This document shows positions 51,343 to 62,750 of a DNA stretch of 64,000 nucleotides, piece by piece. A program made the translations under genes and the position numbers. Under the pieces are notes generated by a model. The model was not told where the DNA came from and ran no database searches. It saw only the letters and a program-made list of their open reading frames with translations. Position 1 is the first letter of the stretch. Every line of letters begins with the position of its first letter. Origin of the DNA: an uncultured Alphaproteobacteria bacterium (GTDB taxonomy: Bacteria > Pseudomonadota > Alphaproteobacteria > Acetobacterales > Acetobacteraceae); assembly GCA_963757115.1 (NCBI GenBank), contig CAVWQV010000001.1, forward strand, positions 127,901-191,900, given 5' to 3'.

Positions 51343-51741
51343 ATGCCTCTCGACAGCGGTGGCGACGGCAGGCGGCGTATGGTCAACGTCCTTGGCGGCG
51401 TTCTGGAGCCGTGCTCGACCGACCCGGTAACAGGGTTCTACCGCAACGGCTGCTGCCAAACGGGTGCCGAGGATTTCGGCAATCACACCGTTTGCGCTGT
51501 GGTGACCGCCGAGTTCCTGGCATTCAGCCGCGCGCGCGGCAATGACCTGAGCACGCCGGTGCCGGAGTTCGGGTTCCCGGGCCTCAAGCCCGGCGATCGC
51601 TGGTGCCTCTGCGCGCCACGCTGGCAAGAGGCGCTTCAGGCCGACGCCGCACCCGCGGTGTTGCTCCGGTCCACGGAAATCAACGCGCTTGCCGATTGCG
51701 CGCTCGAAGATCTGAAGCGCTACGCGGCGGACGTCGACTAG
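51343..51741 (+). CDS. DUF2237-family protein
   Basis: 132 aa, NVLGGVLEPCSTDPVTGFYRNGCCQTGAEDFGNHTVCAVVTAEFL. Confidence 0.65.
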   Translation: MPLDSGGDGRRRMVNVLGGVLEPCSTDPVTGFYRNGCCQTGAEDFGNHTVCAVVTAEFLAFSRARGNDLSTPVPEFGFPGLKPGDRWCLCAPRWQEALQADAAPAVLLRSTEINALADCALEDLKRYAADVD

Positions 51742-51927
51742 GCTTGCTTCGAGCAGCTTTGCAAAGCGGCCGCGACAGGGTGTGACGCGCCAGCAACGGA
51801 CGGGGGCGCCCGCTGACGGGATCACGCCGGTATATTGATGAGGCTTTCGCTTCGGGACGATAGTAGGCGGGGGAAACGGAAGCAGGGCTCCATCGCGAGA
51901 AGAGCCCAAGCGGGGGAGGCAAAAGCG

Positions 51928-53222
51928 ATGCCCCAGGCACGCTGGACCATGATCGTCCTCTGTTGCCTTGCGAATACCATCAACTACGTCGATCGCGCCA
52001 ACCTGGCGGTGGCTGCGCCGGTTATCCAGCACGAGTTGGCGCTCGACGCAGCCACCATGGGGCTGGTTCTCAGCGGTTTCTTTTGGACCTACTCCGTGAT
52101 GCAGATGCCGTTCGGCTGGTTTGCCGATCGGGTGGGTGCCCGCATTTCGCTGGCCGTAGCCGTGGTGTGGTGGTCCGTGTTCACCGCGCTCACGGCCGTT
52201 GCGCACAACCTCGAAACGCTGCTGGGCTGTCGGTTGCTTCTGGGTGTGGGCGAGGCGGGCGCCTATCCCTCCTGCGCCAAGGTGACCGCCAACTGGTTCC
52301 CGCGCAGCGAGCGGGGTGTGGCCAGCAGCATTTTCGATAGCGGCTCGCGCATTGGCTCCGCCCTTTCGCTGCCGTTGGTAACCTGGCTCGTCGGCAGCTT
52401 CGGCTGGCGCACGTCGTTCGTCGTCACCGGCCTGCTCGGCATCGTCTGGGTGGCGGTTTGGATCGTGGTCTACCGCGATCCGGAGCGGCACCGGTCTGTA
52501 ACACCGGAGCAGCTCCGGCGCTTGCAGGCCGAGCGTGGCACTCCGCAGGCGGCGGATGCCACGCCGATGCCTTGGATCTCGCTGTTTCGCTATCGGACGA
52601 TCTGGGGCATGATGCTTGGCTTCTTTTGCCTCAACTTTGTCATCTATTTCTTCATAACTTGGTTCCCGACCTACCTGGTGCAGGCGCGTGGCTTCTCGCT
52701 CGCCCAGCTCGGCACGCTGGGAGTGCTGCCGGCCCTGCTCGCCATCCCGGGGGATGGCTTGGCGGTTTTACCTCCGATGCGCTCTACCGCCGCGGCTTGA
52801 GCCTGACGGCTGCGCGCAAGATCTGCCTGGTCGGAGGCATGTTGCTCTCTTCGGTGATCACGCTCTCGGCGATCGCCCCGAACGTCTACGTCGCGTTGCT
52901 GTGCTTCGCGGTCTCCTACGCCAGCCTGGCCTTCACCGCGGCGAGCATCTGGTCACTGCCCGGCGACGTCGCGCCCACCCCCGGTCACGTCGCTTCAATC
53001 GGCGGCATCCAGAACTTCGCCTCCAACCTCGCCGGCATCGTGACTACGACGTTCACTGGGGTCATGCTGACCATAACCAGCGGCTCCTTCTTTGTGCCGC
53101 TCGCAGTCGCGGGCGGGTTCTGCATCCTGGGCGCCGCGATCTATCTGTTCGTCGTCGGCAGGATCGAGCCGTTGCCGGCCGCTGTCGGCGGGGCTGCAAT
53201 CGGGCGCAACAGCGCCGCCTAG
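51928..53222 (+). pseudogene. MFS transporter, anion:cation symporter (ACS) family (sugar-acid type), apparent frameshift near 52770
   Basis: N-terminal 280 aa in ORF 51835..52800 (...NYVDRANLAVAAP...GWFADRVG). C-terminal half in ORF 52458..53222. Confidence 0.65.
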
Positions 53223-53232
53223 GAGGTTTGCC

Positions 53233-54429
53233 ATGCAGCAGCACTACAAACCGCCGGTCGACGGATACGCCGGAAGCTGGGTGGGGCGTGCCTGGCTGCC
53301 CGGCCCGGACGGCGGACCGGCCGTCGTCGCCGTGCGCCCGGACGGCGTGTTCGATGTGACGCGCTCCGTGGCTACCACCAGCGCGCTGTTTGATCTTCCG
53401 GACCCGGTCGGTTTCCTGCGCGCCGCACCGGGCGAGCGGATCGGCGATGTCGAGGAACTGCTGCGGAACAGCGACGAATCGCGGCGGGACGTGTCTCGGC
53501 CTTGGTTGCTCGCGCCGATCGACCTGCAGGCGATCAAGGCGGCGGGCGTCACCTTCGCCGCGAGCCTGCTGGAGCGCATCGTCGAGGAGCACGCGAAAGG
53601 CAATCCGGCGGCCGCCGAGGGCGCGCGCGAGGCCTTGGTCGCCGAGATCGGCGTCGATCTCTCGAAGGTGAAACCCGGGTCGAGCGAGGCCGAGCACCTG
53701 AAGCAGGCCTTGGTCCGGCGCGGCTTGTGGTCGCAATACCTGGAAGTGGGCATTGGGCCGGATGCCGAGGTCTTCACCAAGGGGCAACCAATGTCGGCAG
53801 TGGGCTTCGGCGCGGACATCGGAGTGCATCCCAAATCCGTTTGGAACAATCCCGAGCCAGAGGTGGTGCTCGCGGTCAGCAGCGGCGGCCGGATCGTCGG
53901 GGCAACCCTCGGGAACGACGTCAACCTGCGGGACATCGAGGGCCGCAGCGCGCTGCTGCTGTCCAAGGCCAAGGACAACAACGCTTCGACCGCCGTCGGG
54001 CCCTTCGTGCGCTTGTTCGACGAAACCTTCTCGCTCGACGACGTGCGTCAGGCCGAGGTCGCCTTGCATGTCGAGGGAGCGGACGGGTTTGTGCTCGATG
54101 GAGCGAGCGCCATGCGAGAGATCAGCCGTGACCCGGAGGAGCTGGTCGCCCAGACCATCGGCGCCACGCACCAATATCCGGATGGGTTTGTGCTGTTCCT
54201 CGGCACCATGTTCGCTCCCAAGAAGGAGCGGGAAGGGGGCGGCGGCGGATTCACGCACCGGGTCGGCGACGTCGTCGCGATCGGCTCGGCGCGGCTCGGC
54301 ACGCTGGTCAACCGCGTCCGAACCAGCGACCAGGCCCAGCCCTGGAACTTCGGCGTGCGCGCCCTGATCGCCAACCTTGCGGCGCGGGGCCTGATCGAGG
54401 CGGCCGCAACGCCGCGTGCCGTTTCCTGA
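53233..54429 (+). CDS. fumarylacetoacetate-hydrolase (FAH) family protein
   Basis: Internal ATG (MQQHYKPPVDGY...). FAH fold pattern. Confidence 0.65.
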   Translation: MQQHYKPPVDGYAGSWVGRAWLPGPDGGPAVVAVRPDGVFDVTRSVATTSALFDLPDPVGFLRAAPGERIGDVEELLRNSDESRRDVSRPWLLAPIDLQAIKAAGVTFAASLLERIVEEHAKGNPAAAEGAREALVAEIGVDLSKVKPGSSEAEHLKQALVRRGLWSQYLEVGIGPDAEVFTKGQPMSAVGFGADIGVHPKSVWNNPEPEVVLAVSSGGRIVGATLGNDVNLRDIEGRSALLLSKAKDNNASTAVGPFVRLFDETFSLDDVRQAEVALHVEGADGFVLDGASAMREISRDPEELVAQTIGATHQYPDGFVLFLGTMFAPKKEREGGGGGFTHRVGDVVAIGSARLGTLVNRVRTSDQAQPWNFGVRALIANLAARGLIEAAATPRAVS

Positions 54430-54447
54430 AGTCAGGAGAAGAGGATC

Positions 54448-55762
54448 ATGCCGAGAACGATCACGAGGATCACCGCACACGACGTGCGCTTCCCGACATC
54501 GCGCCACCTCGACGGCTCGGACGCGATGAACGAGGCGCCGGACTACTCGGCGGCTTACGCGCTGATCGAAACGGATGCGAGTGATGGCCTAGTCGGCCAC
54601 GGCATGACGTTCACCATCGGTCGCGGCAACGAGGTCTGCGTCAAAGCCATCGAGTCTCTTGCTCCCCTCGTCGTGGGCCGGACGCTCGAGGAGATCACCG
54701 CCGGCATGGGCAAGTTCTGGCGCACGATAGCCGGCGAGAGCCAGCTGCGCTGGATCGGACCCGGAGAAGGGCGCGGTTCACCTTGCCACCGCAGCGATCG
54801 TCAACGGCGTTTGGGACTTGTGGGCCAAGGTCGAGGGCAAACCGGTCTGGAAGCTGCTCGTGGACATGACGCCCGAGGAGGTCGTGCGGTGCATCGACTT
54901 CCGCCACATCACGGATGCGCTGACCCCGGACGAGGCGTTGAATATTCTCCGGCGCCACGCGCCCTCGAAACCTGAGCGCGAACGCGAGATGCGGGCGCGC
55001 GGTTATCCCGCCTATACCACCTCGGCCGGCTGGCTCGGCTACTCCGACGAGAAGCTCCGCGCCCTTTGCCGCGAGGCGGTGGCGAATGGCTGGACCCATT
55101 TCAAGCAGAAGGTCGGCGTGGACATCGACGACGATCTCCGCCGCGGCCGCATCATCCGTGAGGAGATTGGCTACGACCGCACCTGGATGGTGGACGCCAA
55201 CCAGGTTTGGGAAGTTGGCGAGGCGATCGCGAACATGAAGCGATTGGCCGAATACAAGCCGTGGTGGATCGAGGAGCCGCTCAGTCCCGATGACGTGCTC
55301 GGTCACGCGAAGGTCGCCGAGGCCGTGCGTCCGCTAGGCATCGGCGTCGCAACCGGTGAGCATTGCCAGAACCGCGTGATGTTCAAGCAGTTCCTGCAAG
55401 CCGGTGCGCTTGATTTTTGCCAGATCGACGCGTGCCGCCTGGGCGGCGTCAACGAGGTGCTCGCGGTGCTTTTGATGGCCGCCAAGTTCGGTGTCCCGGT
55501 TTGCCCGCACGCCGGCGGAGTTGGCTTGTGCGAGCTGGTGCAGCACTTGTCGTTGTTCGACTACATCGCGGTTTCCGCCTCGTTGGAAAACCGCGTCCTC
55601 GAGTACGTTGACCATCTGCACGAGCATTTCGTCGACCCGGTGTTGATCAACGAGGGCCGCTACATGCCGCCGGAAGCGCCAGGCTACAGCGCGGCACTGA
55701 AGGCTGCGTCGCTGACCGATCACTCGTATCCGACGGGCGCGGCATGGCGTCAGACGCGATAG
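54448..55762 (+). pseudogene. L-fuconate dehydratase-like enolase-superfamily enzyme, apparent frameshift near 54790
   Basis: N-terminus in ORF 54448..54975. MR/MLE-type core (VWDLWAKVEGKPVWKLL...WMVDANQVWEVGEAI...KPWWIEEP...) in ORF 54818..55762. Confidence 0.65.
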
Positions 55763-55798
55763 GCTCGATCCGGTCGCGTCGCGCGCGCGGTCGTTTGG

Positions 55799-57331
55799 TC
55801 ACCCCTGTAGCCACGTCTCCATCTCATGCCGCTGGATCTTGCCCGTGGTGCTGCGCGGGAACGCCTCGAGCGCGATGAAACGGATCTCCTTCGGCCGCTT
55901 GTAGCCGGCGAGATTGCTGCGGCAGGCTTCCATCAGATCGGCCTCCGTCAGGCCAGGGTCGCGCCGTGCGACAAAGGCAACCGGGACCTCGCCCCAGCGC
56001 GCGTCGGCTCGCCGCACCACCACGGCATCCGCGACGCGCGGATCGGCCAGCAGTACCTGCTCGATCTCGGCCGGGTAGATGTTCTCGCCTCCGGACTTGA
56101 TGAGATATTTCACCCGGTCCACGAACTCGATCGTGCCGTCCGCATTGCGCGTAAACATGTCGCCCATGTGGAACCAGCCGCCGCGGAAATCGCGCGCGTT
56201 GGTTTCGGGTGCGTTCCAGTAGCCGCTGAACAAGGTCGGGCCGCGCATGGCAAGCTCACCCGGGGCACCGTCGGGCACATCCCGATCTTCCGTGTCCACC
56301 AGCCAAATCAGGCAGCTCGCGCTTGGGGTCTTGGGCAGGCGCGCCGGAGCTTCGCCCACCGCGACGCGTCCGGCGGACGCAGGTGGCAGTCCGGTTTCCG
56401 TTGCACCGAACGTGTTGGCGTAAGGCGCCCCAAGCAGGCGGGTCAGCTCGGCCAATTCTTGCCGTGGCACAAGGTCGGCCATTGCGCCGACGAGCTTCAC
56501 GCCGCGCGGCACTGATCGGCGGCGCTTCAAGCCCGCGATCATGTCGGCGATCATGCCGGGCATGGCCACCAACCACCAAAGCCGCTCGGTCTCCACCACG
56601 TGAAGGATGCGGTCGATGTCGTAGCCCGGCACCACATGCACCGTGCCGCCGAGGCACAGCGCGTGGATCGACTGGTCGGCAGACACCATGTGGAACATCG
56701 GCGCCCAGGCCAGGAATGCGTCGCCCGGAGCAAGGTTGAACTCCACGCAGCTCGTGAACATACGGGCGATCTGCGCGCGGTGGCTGACGAGCGCGCCCTT
56801 CGGGAGCCCGGTCGTGCCGCTGGTGTAGAGAATCACGTGGCCGTCTTCCGGCTCGGCCTCGGAGACGGGCTCTGCGGCGCTCGCCTGCGCAAGCCGCTCC
56901 TGGTACTCCGCGCCGAAAACGAGAACCTCGCCGCATCCCTCTAACGCGCGGGCGCTGTCCGAATACCCAGGCGAAGCGAGGCAGGCGCGCGGTTCCGTCA
57001 GCCGGACGCAATGGGCGAGCTCGCGGGGCGCAAGCCGCCAGTTGAGCGCGCAAACGATCGCGCCTAGCTTCGCGGCCGCGAACAGGAGTTCGAGGTACTC
57101 CGCCCGGTTCTCCGACAGGATGGCGACACGGTCGCCGCGCCCGATCCCCATGGCGCGCAGCGCGTGAGCCAGCCGGTTCACCCGCTCGTTGAACCCGTCA
57201 AACGTCAACCGACGGTCGCCATCCACCACCGCCAGCCGCCCGGGATGCAGCCGCGCCCGTTCCCGGAGCAGCGCCCCGATCGTCAAGCTGGCCGCTCCGG
57301 CGGCGAGTGAGGCGTCGATCCCGTTCCGCAT
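55799..57331 (-). CDS. AMP-dependent acyl-CoA synthetase/ligase
   Basis: Internal ATG (MRNGIDAS...). YTSGTTGLPKGALVSH, FGATETG, GWFHMGDM, GKIQRHE. Confidence 0.8.
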   Translation of the reverse strand: MRNGIDASLAAGAASLTIGALLRERARLHPGRLAVVDGDRRLTFDGFNERVNRLAHALRAMGIGRGDRVAILSENRAEYLELLFAAAKLGAIVCALNWRLAPRELAHCVRLTEPRACLASPGYSDSARALEGCGEVLVFGAEYQERLAQASAAEPVSEAEPEDGHVILYTSGTTGLPKGALVSHRAQIARMFTSCVEFNLAPGDAFLAWAPMFHMVSADQSIHALCLGGTVHVVPGYDIDRILHVVETERLWWLVAMPGMIADMIAGLKRRRSVPRGVKLVGAMADLVPRQELAELTRLLGAPYANTFGATETGLPPASAGRVAVGEAPARLPKTPSASCLIWLVDTEDRDVPDGAPGELAMRGPTLFSGYWNAPETNARDFRGGWFHMGDMFTRNADGTIEFVDRVKYLIKSGGENIYPAEIEQVLLADPRVADAVVVRRADARWGEVPVAFVARRDPGLTEADLMEACRSNLAGYKRPKEIRFIALEAFPRSTTGKIQRHEMETWLQG

Positions 57332-57434
57332 CGCCAGCCAACGGTAGGCGCGGCGGCCGCGGACGGGCAAGCGCGGCAGGACTTGAGCCTGCTTCTTGCA
57401 CGGGTTCAACTGGCCGGGCAGGCGAGGGTGGCGG

Positions 57435-59503
57435 ATGGCGTGGCGGATCGGGATCGACATCGGTGGTACGTTCACCGATGTGGCACTGGTGGAGGAGGCG
57501 AGCGGGCGAATCGCGGTCGCCAAGCTGTTGACCACCCCGCACGATTTCGGCGAGGCGGTGGTGGCCGGCATTGGCCAGGCGCTCGCGGCTCACGACGTGG
57601 CACCCTCGGACGTGTCGCTGCTATCGCACGCGACCACCGTGGTGACCAACGCGCTGCTTGAAGGGAAGGGGGCGCGCGCGGGCTTCGTCGCCACGCGGGG
57701 GTTCCGCGACCTGCTGGAGCTCCGGCGTTCCTCGCGGGTCGATCTTTACGACCTGTTCCAGGACGCCCCTTCCGTGCTCATACCGCGCCGCTGGCGCTTC
57801 GAGATCACCGAGCGGGTAGATGCGCAAGGTGACGTGCTGACCCCGCTCGCGGAGGATGAGCTTCCCGCGCTGATCGAAGCGATCCGGCGCGAACGGCTGC
57901 AAACGGTGGGCGTGTCGTTCCTGTTCTCGTTCCTCAACGATGCGCATGAGCGGCGGGTGGGCGCTGCCTTGCGCGCCGCCCTCCCCGACGTCGGCGTGTT
58001 CCTCTCCTGCGAGGTGCTACCCGAGATCCGCGAGTTCGAGCGCGCCAGCACGACGGCGGTGTGCGCCTATGTCGGCCCGTTGCTCGCCTCCTATCTCGAG
58101 CGGCTCGGAGCCGCGGCGTCGGCACTCGGGCTCCCGAAGCTGCATGTAATGGGCTCGAGCGGCGGCGTGCTGGACGTCGCTGAAGCCGTGCGGATGCCGG
58201 CGGCCGTGGTGGAGTCCGGCCCCGCCGCCGGTGTGGTGGCCGCCTCCGTCGCCGGCCGCCAGCTCGGTCTACCCGACCTCATTTCGTTCGACATGGGCGG
58301 CACCACGGCCAAGGCGAGCCTGATTGCGGGCGGCGCCGTCGCCGTGACAGCGGAGTACGAGGTGGGCGGCGGCGGCAGCGCAAACCGCTGGCTGCACGGC
58401 ACCGGACATCCGATCCGGGTTCCGGTGATCGACCTTGCCGAGGTGAGCGCGGGCGGCGGCAGCATCGCGTGGGTAGACCCGGGCGGTGCGTTGAAGGTGG
58501 GTCCTGCGAGCGCCGGGGCGTCGCCCGGTCCGGCGTGCTACGGGCGGGGCGGGACGTTCCCGACCGTGACGGACGCCGACCTGGTGCTCGGCTATCTCGG
58601 CCGGGATACGCTGCTCGGCGGCGACCTTCGGCTGGACCATGGGGCAGCCGAGGAGGCGATAGCGGCGCTGGGAGGTCGATCGGCCTCGATGCGGGCGGGA
58701 CCGCCGCACGCATTCTCGCGGTAGTGCACGCCAACATGGCGCAAGCGCTGCGCATCGTCTCCGTCGAGCGCGGGCACGATCCGCAGGAGTTCAGCTTGAT
58801 CGCGTTCGGCGGGGCCGGTCCGGTGCACGCCGCGTTCCTCGCCGATGAGCTCGGGATTCCGGAAGTGATCGTGCCGCCCGCGCCAGGCGCCTTCTCCGCC
58901 CTCGGCCTGGTCGCGACCGATCTGCGCCGGGACTACGCGCGCACTCTTTACGCCGACCTGGCGATCTTGGCGCCCGAGCGCCTCGCCGACGCGCTGGCGG
59001 CGATGGAGCACGAAGCGGGGCTCATGCTGCATGCCGCCGGCGTGCCGGTGGCGCAGCGCGAGCTCGAGCGGTCGGCCGACGTGCGCTATCGGCGGCAGGC
59101 ATACGAGCTGACCGTCCCGCTCCCGTCCGGCGCCGTGACGCAGGCATCGCTTGTGGCGATGGCGGAGGCGTTCCACGCCAAGCACACGCAAACCTACGGG
59201 CACGCCAACGAGGCCGAGCCGGTCCAGCTGGTGAACCTGCGCGTGACCGCGCGGGGGCGGCTGCCGAGCATTGCCCTGGCGCAGCAATCGGACCCGGCCA
59301 AGGCCCGCACTCGGGAACGCGTCGCCTGGTTCGAGGAGACTGGCTTCGCCCCGTGCCCGGTGCATTGGCGCGAGGGCCTGCTTCCTGGAGCACGGCTCCG
59401 GGGGCCGGCGATCGTAGAGGCGCTCGATTCGACCGTCGTGCTGCCGCCCGGCTGGGAGGCCGCCGCCGACGAGCGCGGCTTCATCCGGATGCGGAGGACC
59501 TGA
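57435..59503 (+). pseudogene. hyuA: hydantoinase/oxoprolinase A-subunit family (HyuA), apparent frameshift near 58670
   Basis: IGIDIGGTFTDVALV... N-terminal 430 aa in ORF 57396..58724. The C-terminus (...ILAVVHANMAQALRIVSVERGHDPQEFSLIAFGGAGPVHAA...) is in ORF 58469..59503. Confidence 0.75.
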
Positions 59504-59504
59504 A

Positions 59505-61244
59505 ATGCCGGACACCTATCCCGTCCGCCTGCGCACCGATCCCGCCCGTTTCGAGGTGGTCAAGAACGCGCTTTACTCCGCTGCCGAGGAAATGAAGATC
59601 GTCCTCGCCAAGACGGCCTATTCGCCGTTGCTGAAGGTCGCGGGCGATTATTCCTGCGGCATTTTCAATGCGCGCGGCGATATGGTGGCGCAAGGGCCGG
59701 ACCTGCCGATCCATCTCGGCTCCATGCCCGACGCGGTGCGCGCGGTGGTGCGCGCGTTCCCGGACGCCGCACCGGGCGACGTGTTCATCCACAACGACCC
59801 GTACGGCGGGGGCTCGCACCTGCCGGACGTCAACGTCGTTGCACCCGCCTTCGCCGGCGATGCGCTGCTCGGCTTCGGCTGCGTCCGCGCGCATTGGCCG
59901 GACGTGGGCAGCGCGACCCCAGGCAGCTACGGCGCAGTGACGGAAATCTACGGCGAGGGCCTGCGGCTGCCGCCCGTGCGGCTCTACCGCGACGGCAAGC
60001 CCGACCCGGGCATCGACGCGATCATCTTCGCCAATGTGCGCACGCCCTCCGAGCGGCGCGGCGATCTCCAAGCTCAGGTGTCGAGCTGCTGGCGCGCGGG
60101 GCAGCGGCTCGAGGCGCTGGCGCGCAAATATGGCGTGGGCGAGCTGCTGCGCATCATGGAAGAAGTACTCGACTACTCGGAAACCATGATGCGCGCCGCG
60201 CTTGCGGCGCTGCCGGATGGCGAGGCCAGGTTCGCCGACGTGCTTGACGGAGACGGCGTGATCGCCGACGGCGCCACGGCGGACGAAACGTTTTGCGTGC
60301 AGCTGAAAGTGGTCAAGCGCGGGGACGCCATTACCGTCGATTTCGCGGGCTCCGACCCGCAAGTGGCTGGCCCGATGAACGCGCCGCTGACCGTCACCGC
60401 GTCGGGCGTGTTCTGCGCCCTCAAAATGATCGCCGATCCCCGTAACCTGATTCCGCCCAACTCCGGCTGCTGGCGGCCGGTTACGGTGACCGCACCCCCG
60501 GGCTCGGTGGTGAACGCCGCGCTCCCGGCGCCCGTGGTCTACGCCAATCACGAGATGTCGCATCGCGTGGCCGAGATGCTGTTCGCCGCTATGGCCGGCA
60601 TCACGCCCGAGAACGTCATGGCCGGATCGCAGGGTACATCGGCCATCATGACGTTCGGCGGCGTCGATTACCGCACGGGCGAGCGCTACGTGAGCTACGA
60701 AAGCGTCAAAGGCGGGTTCGGGGCGCGCCCGATCAAGGACGGGATCAATGCGGTGGCGAGCACCGTCACCAACATGTCGAACACGCCCATCGAGATGATC
60801 GAGATGAGCTTTCCGTTGCGGGTCGAGGAGTACGCGCTGGTGCCGGACAGCGGCGGGGCCGGGCGCTGGCGGGGCGGCTTGGGCGTTCGGCGGGCGTGGC
60901 GAGTGCTGGAGCGTGACGCCCACGCCGCCACCTGCTGCGAGCGCTCCGTCACGCCGCCCTTTGGTCTGGCCGGCGGCGGGGCCGGATCGCCGGCGCGGAT
61001 TACGCTCGACTTGCCTGACGGCACCACGCGGCGGCTCAACAGCAAGGGCGGCTTCACCGCTCCGGCCGGCTCCCGTGTGGTGCTGCAAGCGCCGGGGTCG
61101 GGCGGCTACGGCCCGCCCGCCGCACGCGCTGCCGCATCGCTGGAAGCCGACATCGTCGATGGTTACGTCAGCGAGGAAGCAGCCGAAAAGGACTATCGCG
61201 CGGCCATAACCGGATCGGCGCACAGGCAATCGAGGGCGATCTGA
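59505..61244 (+). CDS. hyuB: hydantoinase B/oxoprolinase B-subunit family (HyuB)
   Basis: 579 aa intact (...VFIHNDPYGGGSHLPDVNVVAPAF...). Confidence 0.8.
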   Translation: MPDTYPVRLRTDPARFEVVKNALYSAAEEMKIVLAKTAYSPLLKVAGDYSCGIFNARGDMVAQGPDLPIHLGSMPDAVRAVVRAFPDAAPGDVFIHNDPYGGGSHLPDVNVVAPAFAGDALLGFGCVRAHWPDVGSATPGSYGAVTEIYGEGLRLPPVRLYRDGKPDPGIDAIIFANVRTPSERRGDLQAQVSSCWRAGQRLEALARKYGVGELLRIMEEVLDYSETMMRAALAALPDGEARFADVLDGDGVIADGATADETFCVQLKVVKRGDAITVDFAGSDPQVAGPMNAPLTVTASGVFCALKMIADPRNLIPPNSGCWRPVTVTAPPGSVVNAALPAPVVYANHEMSHRVAEMLFAAMAGITPENVMAGSQGTSAIMTFGGVDYRTGERYVSYESVKGGFGARPIKDGINAVASTVTNMSNTPIEMIEMSFPLRVEEYALVPDSGGAGRWRGGLGVRRAWRVLERDAHAATCCERSVTPPFGLAGGGAGSPARITLDLPDGTTRRLNSKGGFTAPAGSRVVLQAPGSGGYGPPAARAAASLEADIVDGYVSEEAAEKDYRAAITGSAHRQSRAI

Positions 61245-62623
61245 TGACCCATCTGCCGAACTCCCTTGCGGCGCGCGACATCGCCTCCGTCGTGCACCCG
61301 CAGACCAACCTGGCATTGCACCTCGAACAAGGGCCGACGGTGATCGAGCGGGGCGAAGGCGTCTACGTGTTCGACGACGCCGGAACCCGCTTCCTCGACG
61401 CCGCCGCCGGGCTATGGTGCGCCTCGCTCGGCTACGCCAACGAGCGACTGGCCCGCGTCGCATACGAGCAGATGCGGCGGCTCGGGTACTACCATTTCTA
61501 CCGGCATACCACGAATGAACCCGGGGTGGAGCTCGCTGAGCATCTGCTCCGGATCGCGCCGGTGCCGATGTCCAAGGTGCTGTTCCAGTGCTCGGGATCG
61601 GAGGCCAACGACACGGCGCTCAAGCTCGTCTGGTATTATCACGCGGCGATCGGCAAGCCCGAGAAGCGCAAGATCATCGGCCGGCGCATGGCCTACCACG
61701 GCAGCACCTCCGCCTCGATCAGTGCCTCAGGCAAGCCCGACATGCACGCCGATTTCGGCCTGCCGTTTCCAGGCTTCGTTCACACGGAGTACCCTCACTA
61801 CTACCGCCACCACCGGGACGGCGAAACCGAAGAGCAGTTCGCGACCAGAATGGCAGACGCGCTCGATGCGCTGATCATTGCCGAAGGGCCGGAAACCTGT
61901 GCGGCTTTCATCGCGGAGCCGGTCATGGGTGCCGGCGGCGGCCTCACGCCTCCACGCAGCTATTGGGAGAAGGTGCAGGCGGTGGTGCGGCGCCACGACA
62001 TGCTGTTCATCGCCGACGAGGTGATCTGCGGCTTTGGACGCACCGGCCGCATGTGGGGTTCCGAGACCTATGCTCTCGCCCCCGACATGATCTCCTGCGC
62101 GAAAGCGCTCTCCGCCGGGATGCAGCCGATCTCGGCACTGCTGATCAACGATCGCGTCTTCCAGGCGATGCTCGACGAAAGCCGTAAGCTCGGCAACTTC
62201 GCGCACGGCTTCACCTATGCCGGACACCCCGTAACCACTGCCGTGGCGCTCGAAACCCTGCGCATTTACGACGAAATGGACCTACTCGGGCATGTCGGAC
62301 GGGTTGGCCCCTACATGCAAAACATGCTCGGACATTTCCGGAGTCACCCTATGGTGGGTGAGGTGCGCGGCGTCGGACTGCTTTGCGGGATCGAATTGGT
62401 CGCCGACAAGGACCGGCGCACGCCTTTCGACCCAGCCCGTAAGGCCGGGGCCGTCCTGGATCGGCTCGCCCGCCAGCACGGGTTGATCGCCCGCTTCATC
62501 GGGGACCGCGTCGCGCTCTCGCCGCCGCTGATCGTCACGGAGCCCGAACTCGACGAAATAGGCGAGCGCCTGATGCGCGCCCTCGATGCGTGCTGGGGCG
62601 AACTGAGCAATGAGGGGAATTAG
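61244..62623 (+). CDS. class-III (omega-type) PLP aminotransferase
   Basis: 459 aa intact. ...GSEANDTALKLVWYYH..., FIAEPVMGAGG, DEVICGFGRTGRMWG, SCAKALSAG. Confidence 0.8.
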   Translation: MTHLPNSLAARDIASVVHPQTNLALHLEQGPTVIERGEGVYVFDDAGTRFLDAAAGLWCASLGYANERLARVAYEQMRRLGYYHFYRHTTNEPGVELAEHLLRIAPVPMSKVLFQCSGSEANDTALKLVWYYHAAIGKPEKRKIIGRRMAYHGSTSASISASGKPDMHADFGLPFPGFVHTEYPHYYRHHRDGETEEQFATRMADALDALIIAEGPETCAAFIAEPVMGAGGGLTPPRSYWEKVQAVVRRHDMLFIADEVICGFGRTGRMWGSETYALAPDMISCAKALSAGMQPISALLINDRVFQAMLDESRKLGNFAHGFTYAGHPVTTAVALETLRIYDEMDLLGHVGRVGPYMQNMLGHFRSHPMVGEVRGVGLLCGIELVADKDRRTPFDPARKAGAVLDRLARQHGLIARFIGDRVALSPPLIVTEPELDEIGERLMRALDACWGELSNEGN

Positions 62624-62650
62624 TTTTACGCGGTCCGATTGCGCTGTGAG

Positions 62651-62672
62651 TAACCGTTGATACGATAACGGT
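62651..62672. promoter_or_regulatory. perfect 7-bp inverted repeat AACCGTT-N8-AACGGTT in an unusually AT-rich intergenic region (operator or weak terminator candidate)
   Basis: AACCGTTgatacgatAACGGTT at about 62651-62672, 30 nt after the aminotransferase stop and 80 nt before an HTH gene. Confidence 0.3.
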
Positions 62673-62750
62673 TGTTTAGCGGAAAACAGTCTGTCAATAT
62701 CACGCGTAGATTGCAACGCATCCAGTGCGATTGCCGCGGGACGCACAAAC

